64,000 bases of DNA from Hypanus sabinus (Eukaryota). The position numbers and the translations under genes are program-made. Position 1 is the stretch's first letter; the number at the start of each line of letters is the position of its first letter. A model generated the notes under the pieces. The model saw only the letters and a list, made by a program, of their open reading frames with translations, did not search any database and was not told the origin of the DNA. The DNA lies in contig NC_082722.1 in NCBI RefSeq assembly GCF_030144855.1, forward strand, positions 12,214,001-12,278,000, given 5' to 3'. Shown one piece after another: positions 25,311 through 37,830 of this stretch.

Positions 25311-26409
25311 TTCTAACATTCAACTGTCATTAATTCTTTGGGACCACTCTCTGTTTTTGTGGATGGCTGTGAAGAAAAGGTATTTCAGGATGTATATTGT
25401 ATACATTTCTCTGATATTAAATGTACCTTTGAAACCTTTGAAGAAAAATCCAATATCTTTGTGAAACAATGTATATGAAACACATCCATGTGATCTCACT
25501 GCAACCACTTGGCGAAGTTATAGAAAATTTTCCAATGACATTTGCAGGGGGAAACAACAGTAAATGCAGAGGGAACCTATGTATAACTTCTAATGTATCC
25601 TCTGGGCACAGATTTCAGGGTCCCAAATCCTACTTTCAATGGAGAATTTGAAATATCATGGACCAACTGATATAAAGTATAAAGTAAGTACTTTATACTT
25701 GCAATTTGTGATTGATGTGTTGGGACTCCATTACAGCATACTATCTTAGTTAAGCTGTGATTCTACATTGTCTTGTATGATGTTGGTTCATATTTCTATG
25801 TACTTTGAGCATTGGTTTTTAACATTTTTGTTGCTCAGGATTCATATTTTAATATTACTTTGTTCTTATTTTCATTGGATAATTGCTGGTTGATGATAAC
25901 TGCTCCTGCTTTTCATCTGAGCAAATGAAATGAGTTACATCTCCAAAAGCTTTGCTACCGTAATTTCAATTGCCTCAGTTCTCTTTTTTCTTGCATGCTT
26001 TTAAGAGTCTATAAGCATTTTAGATAAGGTCAAACGTCTCCTCTGTTTTGCAACACAGTAAATCACTTTGACCAACTGTTTAAAGATGTGAAGGCACAAA
26101 TCATTTCCTTCTTCACATAAAACAATGCTGTGAAGCATGTCAATGTCTCTGGAGCATAGTAGAAACTACATTAATTAAAGAAGGCATTGCAGTTTCACAC
26201 TTTTAGTAAATGTCAGGTTATTCAAAGTTAAATGTTAAGGTGTCTTGTATTGCAACAACAAAATGATTAAAATAATTCACATGTTTCAAAGAGAAACTGT
26301 ATAATGCATTATTACATAATTCACTTGTTTTATAACATAAAGCATGGGAAACTCAGGATTGTTACCTGTGTCATATGTTTGCAAGCCCTGAACTAGGATG
26401 ATTATAGTT

Positions 26410-28745
26410 TAATATATGGCTAAGGAGTTATTGTAGATGGGAGGACATAAGTTTTTCGGATCATTGTGCTCTCTTCCAGGGAAGTTGTGACCCATACAGA
26501 AGGGACATTTTGCACCTGAACTGGAGGGGGACTAATATCCCAGCTAGTAGGATTTTTAATGCTGCACTGTGGGGTTTGAACTAGAGTTGCAGAGGGATGG
26601 GAACCAGAGTGCCAGAACAGTTAGTGGAGATCTTGTTGAGGCAGATGTTGGTAAGATTTCAGACAAAGTCAGGAATCAAAATGTTGAAAATGATGTGTGA
26701 CTTGTGGAATGAGCTTCCAGTAGAAGTGGTTCTGTATTGTCATCTAAAGCAAAATTGGATAGTTTTATGGACAGGAAAGGAATGGAGGATTATGGGCTGA
26801 GTGCGGGTCAGTGGGATTAAGAGAGAGTAAGCGTTCGGCAGGGACTAGAAAGGTCGAGATAGCCTGTTTCCGTTCTGTAATTGTTATATGGTTATATAGT
26901 GTCCTATTTCTCAATGCAATAAATAATTTAAGAAAGGTGGATAGCTCGGGGCATGGATCAACACCTGGAATTATAATGCTGTAACCATTAGTGAGACTTG
27001 GTTGCAGGGGGTACAGGACTAGCAGCTCAATATTCCAGGGTTCCATTGCTTGGACATGTCAGAGCAGGAGGGATTAAAGGAGGGTGCATGGTGTTACTAG
27101 TCAGGGAAAATGTTATGGCAGTACTCCGTCAGGACAAATTGGAGAACTCAACTAGTGAGGCATTATAGGTGGAACTGAGAAATGTGAAAGGTAGGCCTAT
27201 ATTACAGATTACCCAACAATCCTAGGGGTTTAGAGGAACCAAGCTGTAAGGGGATTGCAGACTGTTGCAAGAAACATAAGGTAGGTGATTATACTAGGTG
27301 ATTTTATCTATCCTTATACTGACTGAGAATCCCATACTGTAAAAGGACTAGATGGCAAAGAGTTTGTCAAGCATGTTCAGGAATAGTTCCTGCATCTGTA
27401 CGAAAAGTCTCAATGAGAGAGCATGTGATACTGGAGCTGCTATTAGGGAATGAGGTAGGGCAGGTGACAGAAGTTTGTGTAGGGAAACACATAGCATCCA
27501 GTGACCATAATGCCATTACTTTCAAGGTTAATATACAAAAAGATAAACCTGGTCAGTGGATTGTGCTGCTAAATTGGAGAAAAGCGTATGTTAAACATTT
27601 CCAAAATGATTGCACAAATCCGCAAGTGCAGATTGGGACAGGCTGCTTTCTGGCAAAGGTGTGCTTGGGAAGTGGGAGGTCTTCAAAAATGAAATTTTGA
27701 GAGTACAAAGCTTGTATGTGCCTGTCAGATTAAAACATGAAGATAAAAATGTAGGAACCTTGGTTTTCAAAAGATATTGAGGCCCTGGTTAAGAGAAAAC
27801 AGAAGCTGCACAGCAGGTATAAGCAAGTAGGAACAAATAAGTTGCCTATGGAGTACAACAAATGCAAGAGAACACTTAAGAAAGAAATCAGGAAGACCAA
27901 AAGAAGGCACAAAGTTGCTCTAGCAGACAAGGTGAAGGATTCTACAGATATGATGTGAGCAAAAGAATTGCAAGCGTGAGGTTTTGCACTTTGGTAGGAC
28001 CAACCAGGGTAGGTCTTACACAGTGAATGGTAGGACACTGAGGAGTGTGGTAGAATGAAGGAATCTGGGAATAAAGTCAATAATTTGTTGAAAATGGTGT
28101 CACAGCTACATAAGATTGTAAAAAAGCTTTTGGCGCATTGGCCTTCATAAATCAATGTATTTGGTATAGGAGATGGGAGGCTATGTTGAAGTAGTTTTAG
28201 ACATTACTGAGGCCTAATTTGGAGTACTGTGTGCAGCTTTGGTCACCTACCTACAAGAAGGATGTAATCATGGCTGAAAGAGTACAGAAAAATTCACAAG
28301 GATATTGCAGGATCTGGAGGACCTGAGTTGTAAGGAAAGATTGAATAGGATTATGATTGCATTCTTTGCAACATAGAAGATTGAGGGGAGATATGATAGA
28401 GGTATACAAAATTATGAGGAGTATAGATAGGGTCATTGCAAGCAGGGTTTTCACTGAGGTTGGGTGGGACTACAACCAGAGGTCATGGGTTTAGGATGAA
28501 AGGTGAAAAGTTTAAGGGGAACATGAGGGGAAACTTCTTTAGTCAGATGGTAACAAAAGTGTGGATTGAGCTGCTGGCACAAGTGGTGCATGGGAGCTTG
28601 ATTTCAATGTTTAGGAGATGTTTGGATAGGTACATGTATAGTAGGGATATGGAGGGCTATGGTCCCAATGCAGATCAATGGGAATAGGCAGTTTAAATTG
28701 TTTCATCAGGTACTAGATGGGTCAAAGGGCCTCTTTCTATGCTCT
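26410..28745 (+). mobile_element. Decayed CR1 fragments, including a second subfamily 3' tail at about 26760..26895
   Basis: ILELLLGNEVGQV, SDHNAITF, RGHGFRMKGEKF motifs; CR1 tails. Confidence 0.8.
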
Positions 28746-29748
28746 GGGACTCTTTGAACATATGTGCATTTTTACAGTCATCACCCATGGGAAGTGGGCA
28801 TTGTCTACCAAGGCCAACATTTATTGCACATGCCTAGTTATCCCAATAATGTGTTGTTGTTAACTGTCAGAATTTATTACAATAACTGTTAGAACTGAAT
28901 AGCTTCATAAGTCACTTATCAAAGACGATTGAGAGTGAAACATGATGGTGTGGAGCTGGAGACATGAATTAGTTATTTCCATACAAGGCCAGTTACTTTT
29001 GTATTTAAAAACCACAACTGATTTAAGGTCAGCTTCACTGGTGTTGGAGATTTTTTCCCTGTTGGCAATTATCTATTTGATGTGAAAATCACTGGGGTAG
29101 TGCTGGTAGCGGGTGGACAGGAATATTAACAATACCAAGTTGAAGATAATTAGCTCTTTTCCTCATTCAAAATAGGTGCCATAAGTGACTGCAGTGCTCC
29201 AAACTTGAATGTATCAATATATTGTTCGAATAATTTCAGACAAGAGACCAACACATCTTTTAATTTTATTTTAGTACATTCTTCAAAATATGAAAAGATG
29301 GTCTCATTTCTCTGTACATCACTACTTAGTTACATTTCTTTGCCATTCATATTGGCTTAAGGGAAGTAACCAACAAGTGAACATTGTGACATAATGTGAA
29401 CTATTCAGCTGTGAAATGTTTCAGTTTCTTAAGAAAAGGAGAAAAAGATTGACTGGTCTGGGAATTTGAACAGGGAGATATATTCATTAATTGAATTTCA
29501 AGGCAAACAACATACTGAAAGTTTTACTTAATACAATGAATATGTGGTGTTACTGTTTAGTTATTGTTTTTGGTCTTAGTCTAAAAGGCCAAATTGAAAC
29601 CAATCATACATATTTAGGTGGGAATATCAAACCAGTGTGAATAACCACTCTAAACACAAGGAAATCTGCAGATGCTGGAAACTCAAGCAACACACACAAA
29701 ATGCTGGTGGAATGCAGCAGGCCAGGCAGCATCTATAGGAAGAACTAC

Positions 29749-29784
29749 AGTCAATGTTTCGGGCCAAGACCCTTCATCAGGACT
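29749..29784 (-). ncRNA. Minimal type I hammerhead ribozyme motif (best-preserved copy, probably inactive)
   Basis: AGUC-CUGAUGA-A-GGGUCUUGGCCC-GAA-ACAU-U-GACU: helix I AGUC/GACU, helix II GGG/CCC, intact core; ACGU decayed to ACAU. Confidence 0.75.
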
Positions 29785-30039
29785 AAGAAAGAAGAGATAG
29801 TAAGAGATTTGAAAGTGGAAGGAGGGGGAGATCCAAAATGACAGGTGAAGACGGGTGGGGGGAAGGATGAAGCTAAGGGCTGGTAAGTTGATTGGCAAAA
29901 GGGATACAGAGCTGGAGAAGGGAGAAGATCACAGGATGGGAGGCTCAGGGAAAAAGAAAGGGAGAGGGGAGCACCAGAATGAGATGGAGAGCAGGCAAGG
30001 CATAATTGTGAGAGGGGCAGAGAGAGAAAAAAGGGGAAA

Positions 30040-30073
30040 TAAATAATAAATCAATCAATCAATAAATAAATAA
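30040..30073. repeat. (AATA/AATC)n tetranucleotide tract inside the Penelope UTR
   Basis: aataaataataaatcaatcaatcaataaataaataaa. Confidence 0.8.
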
Positions 30074-31789
30074 AAGATGGGGTAAGAAGTGGAGGAGGGA
30101 CATTAACGGAAGTTAGAGAAATCAATGTCATACCACCAGGTTGGAGGCTACCCAGACAGAATATAAGGTGTTGTTCCTCCAACCAGAGTTTGGCTTCATC
30201 TTGACAGTAGAGGAGGCCATGGATAGACATATCAGAATGGGAATGGGATGTAGAATTAAAATGTGTAGAATTATAACGTGAATCACCACTGTAATTGGTG
30301 TTGGTCAGATATTGGCCTCAGCAAAGGAATGGGTATTTTTCAGGCTGTAAGTGAAGTTCTTCAAAGATACTTAGTAAGAATGGTAGGCTAAATGACAAGA
30401 TATTTCCACTCCTGGGACAGACACAAACAAGAGATCTGTTTTTAAGATTAGAAAGAAGCTATTTATAAGTGAGAAACAGTCAAACCTCTTCTCACAAAGG
30501 GCTGTAAATTGCTGCAATTAGATCACTGGCATGTCTAATGAACTTTTGAAAAACCGGGGAATGGTGGGTAAGTAGCATAGAAGTGAAGATGCCACAGTCT
30601 TTAATCATATGAATGGGCACAGACTTGAGGGGCTAAGTGGCCTATCCCTGCTCCTATTTCTGATTTTCTCATATACAGATTGAAATAATGAACTCATGAA
30701 TTCATAGGACTCTCCACAAGCATGACTGGATTGACTGAATGCAATGATATTGCATATGCTTTAATCTCTAAGAAATCCATCTTTGTTTTGAGGTATATCA
30801 ATGTGTCCATTTCTCTTTAATTACAGATTCAGAGTTTTGGCTTGTACAAAGAAAATTTTAATTTTATTTAAAGTGAAATGACACAATATTTGTTTCTTGA
30901 CATTTATGCTATTATGCAGATTGTCTATATTTATAGCTTTCACAAGGAAACAGACAAAACAGCTCTGAAGCATAAACATACAATGGCTTAATTATGTGCA
31001 CAACTCATATCTCAAGAGTCTGTGAGGATTAGTAGCATTATATTAACATCAGTTATTTAAACAAAGCATATGTAATGTACAGCAGATACAAAATAAATAG
31101 GCAGCAAGCCACAATCCCTCATACACAAAGGTATTAAAAAAAATCAATGATTTCTTGTTGACCAAAAGAGTTTGCTAATGGGGCTAATTCACTCTCTCCT
31201 GTCTCTCTGCTGGCCTACAACAGTTAGTGTGTGATGATGTAATTGTAATTCAGCAAAATACAAGAAAACATAAAACCAAAACATAGAAATATTCTCTGCT
31301 ATTAACTACGAAAAGTAATGTAGCATCAATACTGAGGGCAATTGTGGCCTTCACAGCCACTGGTAGTGTAAAGCAGATGGTTGTTTGCCTTTGCTACCTT
31401 TTATAGTAGATGATTAATACAAGTCCCAAAGCATTCTCACTATTTCACCAAAATCCTGGAAATCTGAATCTCAAACTCCAATCAAATGAATCTGGAATAG
31501 ATTTAATGTGGTATAAGTTTCTCTATCTCTAATATGAATGGAGTGTTTCCTCTCCCCACAAATAGTGAATGATCTTGCTGGCCTTTTCCAATTTTCTCCT
31601 TTTGGCTTCACTTCTTTCCAACAGACTTGACAAACATTTCATAATACACATGTCCTTTCATTTCATCTGCAGTCCCGCTCTCACTATAGCTTCAATCATT
31701 AATCAAACAAATGCAGGTTTGTAAACTGCATATATCCACAGCAATCCTGTCTCACCCAATCATCTCCACAAATTGAAACAAATTTATTT

Positions 31790-31890
31790 TCTCATTTCTC
31801 CAGTTCTGAAGAAGGATCTTCAAACTGAAATGTTAGCAATTTCGCTTTCCACAGATCCTGTCAGCCTGTTAAACATCCATAGCATTTTCT
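31790..31890 (+). repeat. Older, diverged hammerhead-bearing repeat
   Basis: AGTT-CTGAAGA-aggatcttcaaact-GAAA-tgtt-agc followed by a ttccacagat...agcatttt tail. Confidence 0.5.
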
Positions 31891-32444
31891 ACAAATGCTG
31901 ATCACATACCCCTCTTATCTCATCAGTTCTGAATTAAGAGTATACTTTCAATAAGCAATCAAGTGCATTTCACAATGTCCAAAGAAAATGATGAATTCTT
32001 CAGTGTATGCGACTAAAATTTTTATCCAAAAATAGTATCTGAATAAAGTTAAAATATATCCTTAATATACTGGTTGGAAATGAGCAATGCGTTTCTAATA
32101 TGTGTGGAAAGAAGATGGTGACAGAAATAAAAACACAAAAAAAGTAAAGCAGATGCTGTCAGACATCTTGTGTGCAAGCACAAAAATTTTCTTAAAAGGA
32201 CAGAAATAAATTCTGAATTCCTCACAATGACAGCTAAAGGAGAACACTTATTCTGTAGATGAAATGTGGCCAAAACCATTTATTTTGGACAAAAATCCCA
32301 TACTGAACAAAGCTCTTGAAATGGATTTATATTTTTATAATCCCTACAAAAACTAATCATCTGGCATATGTGCATGCTCTTTGAAGACAATTTCTATCAT
32401 TTAAAAGAAAAAATTCTGCAGTGTTTCAGAGTAAAGCAGTGAGC

Positions 32445-33490
32445 CAATAAGACACAGGAGCAAAATTCAGCCATTCAGATCATTGGATCCGCTCCATCAT
32501 TCCATCATGGTTGACTTATCATCCCTTTGAGCCCCCACTATCCTGCCTTCTCCCCATAACCTTTGATTTCCTCACTATTTCAGGAGCTATCAAACTGCAC
32601 TTTAAATCTACCCAAGGATTTGACCTCTAAAGCTGTCTGTTGTAATGAATTCCATAGATTCACCACATTCTGATTATAGATATTCCTCCTTGTCTCAGTT
32701 CTAAAGGGACATCTTTCTATTCTGAGGCTATGCCCTCTGGTCCCAGACTCCCACACTTTTGGAAACATCCTTTCCCACATCCACACCATTGCAACTTTTC
32801 AATATTCAAAGGCCTCAATGAAATCCCCCACCACACCACCTCTACGTTGTTCTAAACTCCAGTGAGTACGGTGCCACTTGCCCTCCTTACTATTGACTCA
32901 ACTTGCAAGTTACCCTTTCACTACCAAGTCCATTTGTACTTCTAATTTCTGAATCTGCTCCCTGCTTATAAAATTATGTTTTTATTCCTTCTGCTAAAGT
33001 GTATGAACATACACTTCCTGAATATGTATCCCATCTGCCTCTTCTTAGACAGACTAGGAGAATGGACAAAGTTCTTCTGTAAATTCCATGCTTCCTCAAC
33101 ACTACCTGACCCTCCCTACCTTTGTATCATTTGCAAACATGGCCACAAAACCATCATCAAATCATTGACATATAATGGGAAAAGAAGCAGTCCCAACCGA
33201 TCTCTGCGGAACACCACTAGCCACTGTCAGCCAACCAGAAAAGACTTCTAAGTTCCCATAGTTTGCCTCCTGCTAGTCAGTCAATCCCATATCCATGCTA
33301 ATACCATTAAAAGCATAAGCTCTTATACAGTATATTGTTTAGCAGCCTCATGTGTGGCACCTTGTTAAAGCCTTTCTGATAGTCCAAGAAAACAACATCT
33401 ACTGACTCTCCTTTATCTATCCTGCCTGTTACTGCCTCTAAGAATTCCAAAAGGTTTGTCAGGTAAGATTTCCCATTAACAAAACCATGT
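32445..33490 (-). mobile_element. Decayed CR1/L2 fragments (32445..32830 tail; 33040..33490 RT)
   Basis: GTRGHSLRI, VVNLWNSL; RT-region DNA (gcctttgataaggtgccacatgagg on minus). Confidence 0.7.
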
Positions 33491-33660
33491 TGACTTTGAC
33501 TACTTTATCAATGTTTTAAGAAGAGATTAAGTATAATAAAATGCAGTAATTAATGACTTTTAACACCAAATATTTTGATGACAGTGTATTGTAATATAAG
33601 CATTGATGGCATTACTTGAGCTATAGTTACCATAAAATTTATTTATTTTATTTAATGAGA

Positions 33661-33866
33661 TCAGATACTCATTGGTTCTCTTCTCTTTTTGTGATGTTTC
33701 TTGATCTTTGCCGAGGCATTTGTAGCATCTTCTGTTCTACTTGGGTTCCTTGGTGTCATCTCCATGCTCTTTTTTATTGGCTCTTGTTTCTTTCTTTCTT
33801 TAGGCTTTGCTGTTATTGGTTCACTACACCGTGAACAGGACTTCATTTGAACCTTGTCTTTATGAG
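33661..33866 (-). CDS. Gene B probable terminal exon, Lys/Arg-rich cytoplasmic tail
   Basis: Acceptor tgtattttatttgcag| in phase 1; AHKDKVQMKSCSRCSEP...KIKKHHKKRREPMSI*; AATAAA motifs within 25 nt after the stop. Confidence 0.65.
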
Positions 33867-36189
33867 CTGCAAATAAAATACAATGGACAAATTTTTCATT
33901 GATAAATAGGAATCGCAGAAACACTTCAAATATTTTAAAATCCATTATATGGTGTGCTGGTACTACCAAGCATCATTGGTCTACCTAATATATGTTGCAA
34001 CATTGTTAATATGATTATAGGACTACTAAAATTGTCCTCATTTCCAGGGACTACTAAAGACTGAGAATATCAGGCAAAATTCTCAGTTCTGATATAGTTA
34101 ATTATGAAGTTATCTATGTGAAGTACTTAGTTATAGTGTGATCAGGAATTGCTTCCTTAGAAGTTTGGCTATTGTTACACATGGAGAAGGGGACTTTGAT
34201 GAAACACACAAAAGATGATGCAATTTTTCTGTGTCCACCAGAATGGAATGTTAGAAATCCAAACTTGAGCTTCTTTGTCAGTTAGTGAAAACCATTCAAA
34301 CGAATGGAAGTGCTCTGCATCTGAAGTACTTTAAAAATGTAGTTCCTGCTACTCTTTGAGAATCAATTACTGTACTCATGCCTCTGTTCCATGAACAACA
34401 AAATAAATACATGTAAATTAGGTGACCTAATCAGATCGCAGCTTTCAATCATTTTGAATGTGGGATAAACACTGATTAAGGATTAGAGAGGAATTAAGCT
34501 GCTTCTGTTAAAATGGTATTTCAATTATTTGGATTCACTTGAGAGAACAATGAAAACACAATTCAAAAATCACATGACTGACATTGAGTACTTCTTTACA
34601 GTCAGTTGTAATACAGGATCTTGTGTTAGAATCTCTTTCCTGTTACAATGGCAAATGTACAAAGAGTCAGTGTTTCAGGCTGACACTCCGCATCAGTTTG
34701 TACACTATTGCACTTATTCAAAAACCATTCAAAATGAATAAAAATGCTCTGTAACAAAAGTACTTTTAAAATGTAATTCCTGTTATTCTCTTAAATCTGT
34801 TCCAGATTCTATAACATTAAAATGATCAAAATAAGGGAATTGGAAATCAGAGGCATGAAGTTACTATGTATTAAAGGAGCTCTTTATGTATTTATTGGGA
34901 TAGGCAACAGATGCTGCACTTTACAGTGACACCCACTTTTATGGAAATGAAGATATAGAGAAAATAGTATACAGGTTGTTAAAATTTTAACTTGGAATCC
35001 GTATTTTTAAAAGGTTTTGACAGTAAATAGAAATTCAAGCTTCCTGGAAGTAGATTTAGGGTGGAGATTTAAGAATTTTAGGACATACAGCATAAAGCAA
35101 TATTTAACAAGATGAAGACTGTGGATTCAATAAAGGATAAGGGGCAAAATTTGTAGATTTTCAGGACAGAAAAGATGGAATATCAGGTTTATATAGAAAT
35201 TCAGTCTCAAAGAGATAAGAGAACAAAAACATGGGTGGGCAGGAGAGCAGGGGCAAAATAAAATCACCCATAAATTGCCCTAAAATATTCAATGTCCTTT
35301 AAACATCTGATAAGTCTACCCACATAATAACTTGTGTCTTGTAGTTGAGCATGAAAAAACTAGTCGGCTGAGTTGATTTACATGTAATCATTCCTGCAAA
35401 TTGGCATTTAATATCCCTTGACTTAAAGGATTAACACCACGATGAAAATTCAAGTTATAATATGCTAGCAGGTCCCTAAAGTTACAAACACACTCACAAA
35501 GGAAGGAACAGCATTAAAGTAATGGCTTGGTTGTGAGGAAACAAGATAAACAATAATGGAGGAAACAGGTGGTAGAGTCTGATAAATATGATCAATATCT
35601 TGTAACCTTCTTAGTCATTGTCCTTATACATAGCTTCAGTGGCAAAAGCAATTAGATACAGTAGTCATGAGTTCAAAACATAAGTGGGCTAGGACACAAT
35701 AGATAAAGTTCTTGTACATCCCTGTAATTGGAAAATAGAGCTCAATGAATGCCTTGGTAAATGTAAGGATTTTAAGATTGAAGGGTACAAACCTCCTCCT
35801 CACCAATCCTGTCACTTACAGATATAGGTGTTCCTGAGGCACATAATGTATATCTGACACACATAGCATTGGTAGAAGTAACCACAGCACGATTGTCATG
35901 GAGACAAACCTCCTTATTTGCATTTCCCCTCTCCCTACAAGTATGGTTATGTTGGGGCTCAACACTGATTCAGTGAGGAGTGCAGAAGGGCATGCCAGGA
36001 CTAGCACCAGGCTCATCCAAAAATCATAACTGTAGCGACAAACTACACTCACACTAAGCAGCAAACTAGCATGAAACTGACAGAGCTAAGCAATCTCAGA
36101 TAAGCAGATCCAACAAATTCTGCAGTTCCACTAAATCTACTTGTTAATGGAAATAACAGAGTCTCAATGACAACTTGCTTAGCATATGA

Positions 36190-36775
36190 CTGCTGGAGTC
36201 ATGGCTACATCCAGTCAGAAGTGCCTTCTATCTAAAATCCCAGGATATGCCCCCTTCTCATTGACAATGTTGGAAAGGAGGTACAGAAGCCAGAAGGCAC
36301 ACACTCAGTGATTCAGTAACAACTTCTTCCCTTGTACATCTGATTTCCAAATGAACATTGAACCCATGAACACTACCTCACTACTTCTTTTATTTCTGCA
36401 GACATGAGGAAATCTGCAGATGCTGGAAATTCAAGCAACACACACAAAATGCTGGTGCAGTGCAGCAGGCCAGGCAGCACCTATAGGGAGAATAGTCGAA
36501 GTTTCCGACCCTTCGGATCTTGGCCCGAAACATCGACTGTGCTTCTTCCTATAGATGTTGCCTGGTCTGCTGTGTCCCACCAGCATTTTGTGTGTGTTTC
36601 TTTTATTTCTGTTTTTTTGCACTAATTTTAACTTAACTATTTAATATATATATTTACTGTTATTGCTTTTTTCCTCTATATTTATTTATTATTTCATTGT
36701 ACTGCCGCAATAAAGTTAACAAATTTTACGACTTTTGCCGGTGATATTAAACCTGATTCTGGTTCTAATTCTGAT
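36190..36775 (+). mobile_element. Rex/Babar-type 3' fragment hosting a Penelope-derived insert
   Basis: ggaggtacagaagcc...aacaacttcttccc, gaacccatgaacactacctc; tail aaacctgattctg. Confidence 0.6.
36399..36597. mobile_element. Palindromic (head-to-head) Penelope-derived insert
   Basis: Perfect 14-bp TSD TTCTTTTATTTCTG at 36385..36398 and 36598..36611; two inverted arms of about 90 bp meet inside the hammerhead. Confidence 0.85.
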
Positions 36776-37063
36776 CACAGAAGCAAACCTTCATCAATTC
36801 AGCTCTCTCCAAATATCAGGAAATATCTGAGAGCAGTTGATACACTAGATACTTTGCCTTTAAATATCCGTCATCTAATCTGAAAACCCAGTGTTTACCA
36901 TGGAAGTATCCAATTTACATTCCCTTTTACTTCGAGCAACTCATGAGGGAAAAAAGTCACATAGAACAAAATTTTGATGCTGAAGCCCAAAATAACAGAA
37001 TGGTTAATTCACTAAATTCTTGAATGATATAAACATAGTCATTGAAAAGAGATTGGTTCTTAC

Positions 37064-37174
37064 CTTTGTGTTTATGTAATTTATAGCATAATATTGTTAA
37101 AAAAACCAGAAGCAGTACAAGAATTCCTCCACAAAGATAAATCCACCAGGGAAGATGGAAAATCTTGTCTGTGT
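37064..37174 (-). CDS. Gene B exon 4, stalk plus uncharged transmembrane segment
   Basis: Acceptor tgctttccag|, donor G|GTAAGA, phase 1; DTDKIFHLPWWIYLCGGILVLLLVFLTILCYKLHKHK. Confidence 0.88.
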
Positions 37175-37534
37175 CTGGAAAGCAGATACAAAAAGGAGAA
37201 ATGAGAATTCTCTCATGTAAGTGATGATTCAGGAGGTCATCAATTTCTTGGAGCTCTACGCAAAGTATATATATGATGAATTTAAGTTTTCTGTGCAACA
37301 AAAGCACTGATGCTCAAACCGATATCTTGTTTAACAAAGATAAATGCTAGCACAATGAGGTGTCATTCAAAAATAATTTATTTCATCAGCTTTAAAATCT
37401 CAGTCATTTTCTTGCTTGCTGGGTTCAAAACATTTCAAGAGTTAGGTGAGGATTTGTAATCCATGGTAAAGGTCAACACAACATTGCAACCAGCAGTGTT
37501 CCTGTAGTTCAGCTCTAAAGACTCAGAGTCAATC

Positions 37535-37830
37535 CTAAACCTTCCTGCTGACCGTATAAAGTTTGCACAGTTTCTCTATGACCAATAAGCTTTTCTCAGG
37601 TGTTCCATTTTCCTCCCACACCTCAAGGATATGCAGGTTGTTAGGTTTATTAATTACTGTACATTTATCTAGAGTGTAAGCAAGTGGTGGTTGGGGAAGG
37701 GGCTGGGGTTGAGAGGAATGTATGGAGAAGGAAAATATGGGATTAATGTAATTGGGTGCCAGAGGATTAACTGTCTCGTTGAGCCAAAGGGCCACTTTCT
37801 GAGTTCTATGTGTATGATTAATCTCAAAGA
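37535..37830 (+). mobile_element. Decayed V-SINE-like repeat
   Basis: aagtttgcacagtttctc...ggtgttccattttcctcccaca...gatatgcaggtt resembles the V-SINE core; a second inverted piece lies at about 38030..38160. Confidence 0.5.

Larger units (their letters stand above)
29654..30277 (-). mobile_element. Penelope-like element 3' part: GIY-YIG endonuclease C-terminus, 3' UTR/pLTR and hammerhead
   Basis: 30268..30103 translates HFNSTSHSHSDMSIHGLLYCQDEAKLWLEEQHLIFCLGSLQPGGM(N)IDFSNFR* (one frameshift); 14/16 TSD GTGAATMACCACTSTA at 29637 and 30278. Confidence 0.9.
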
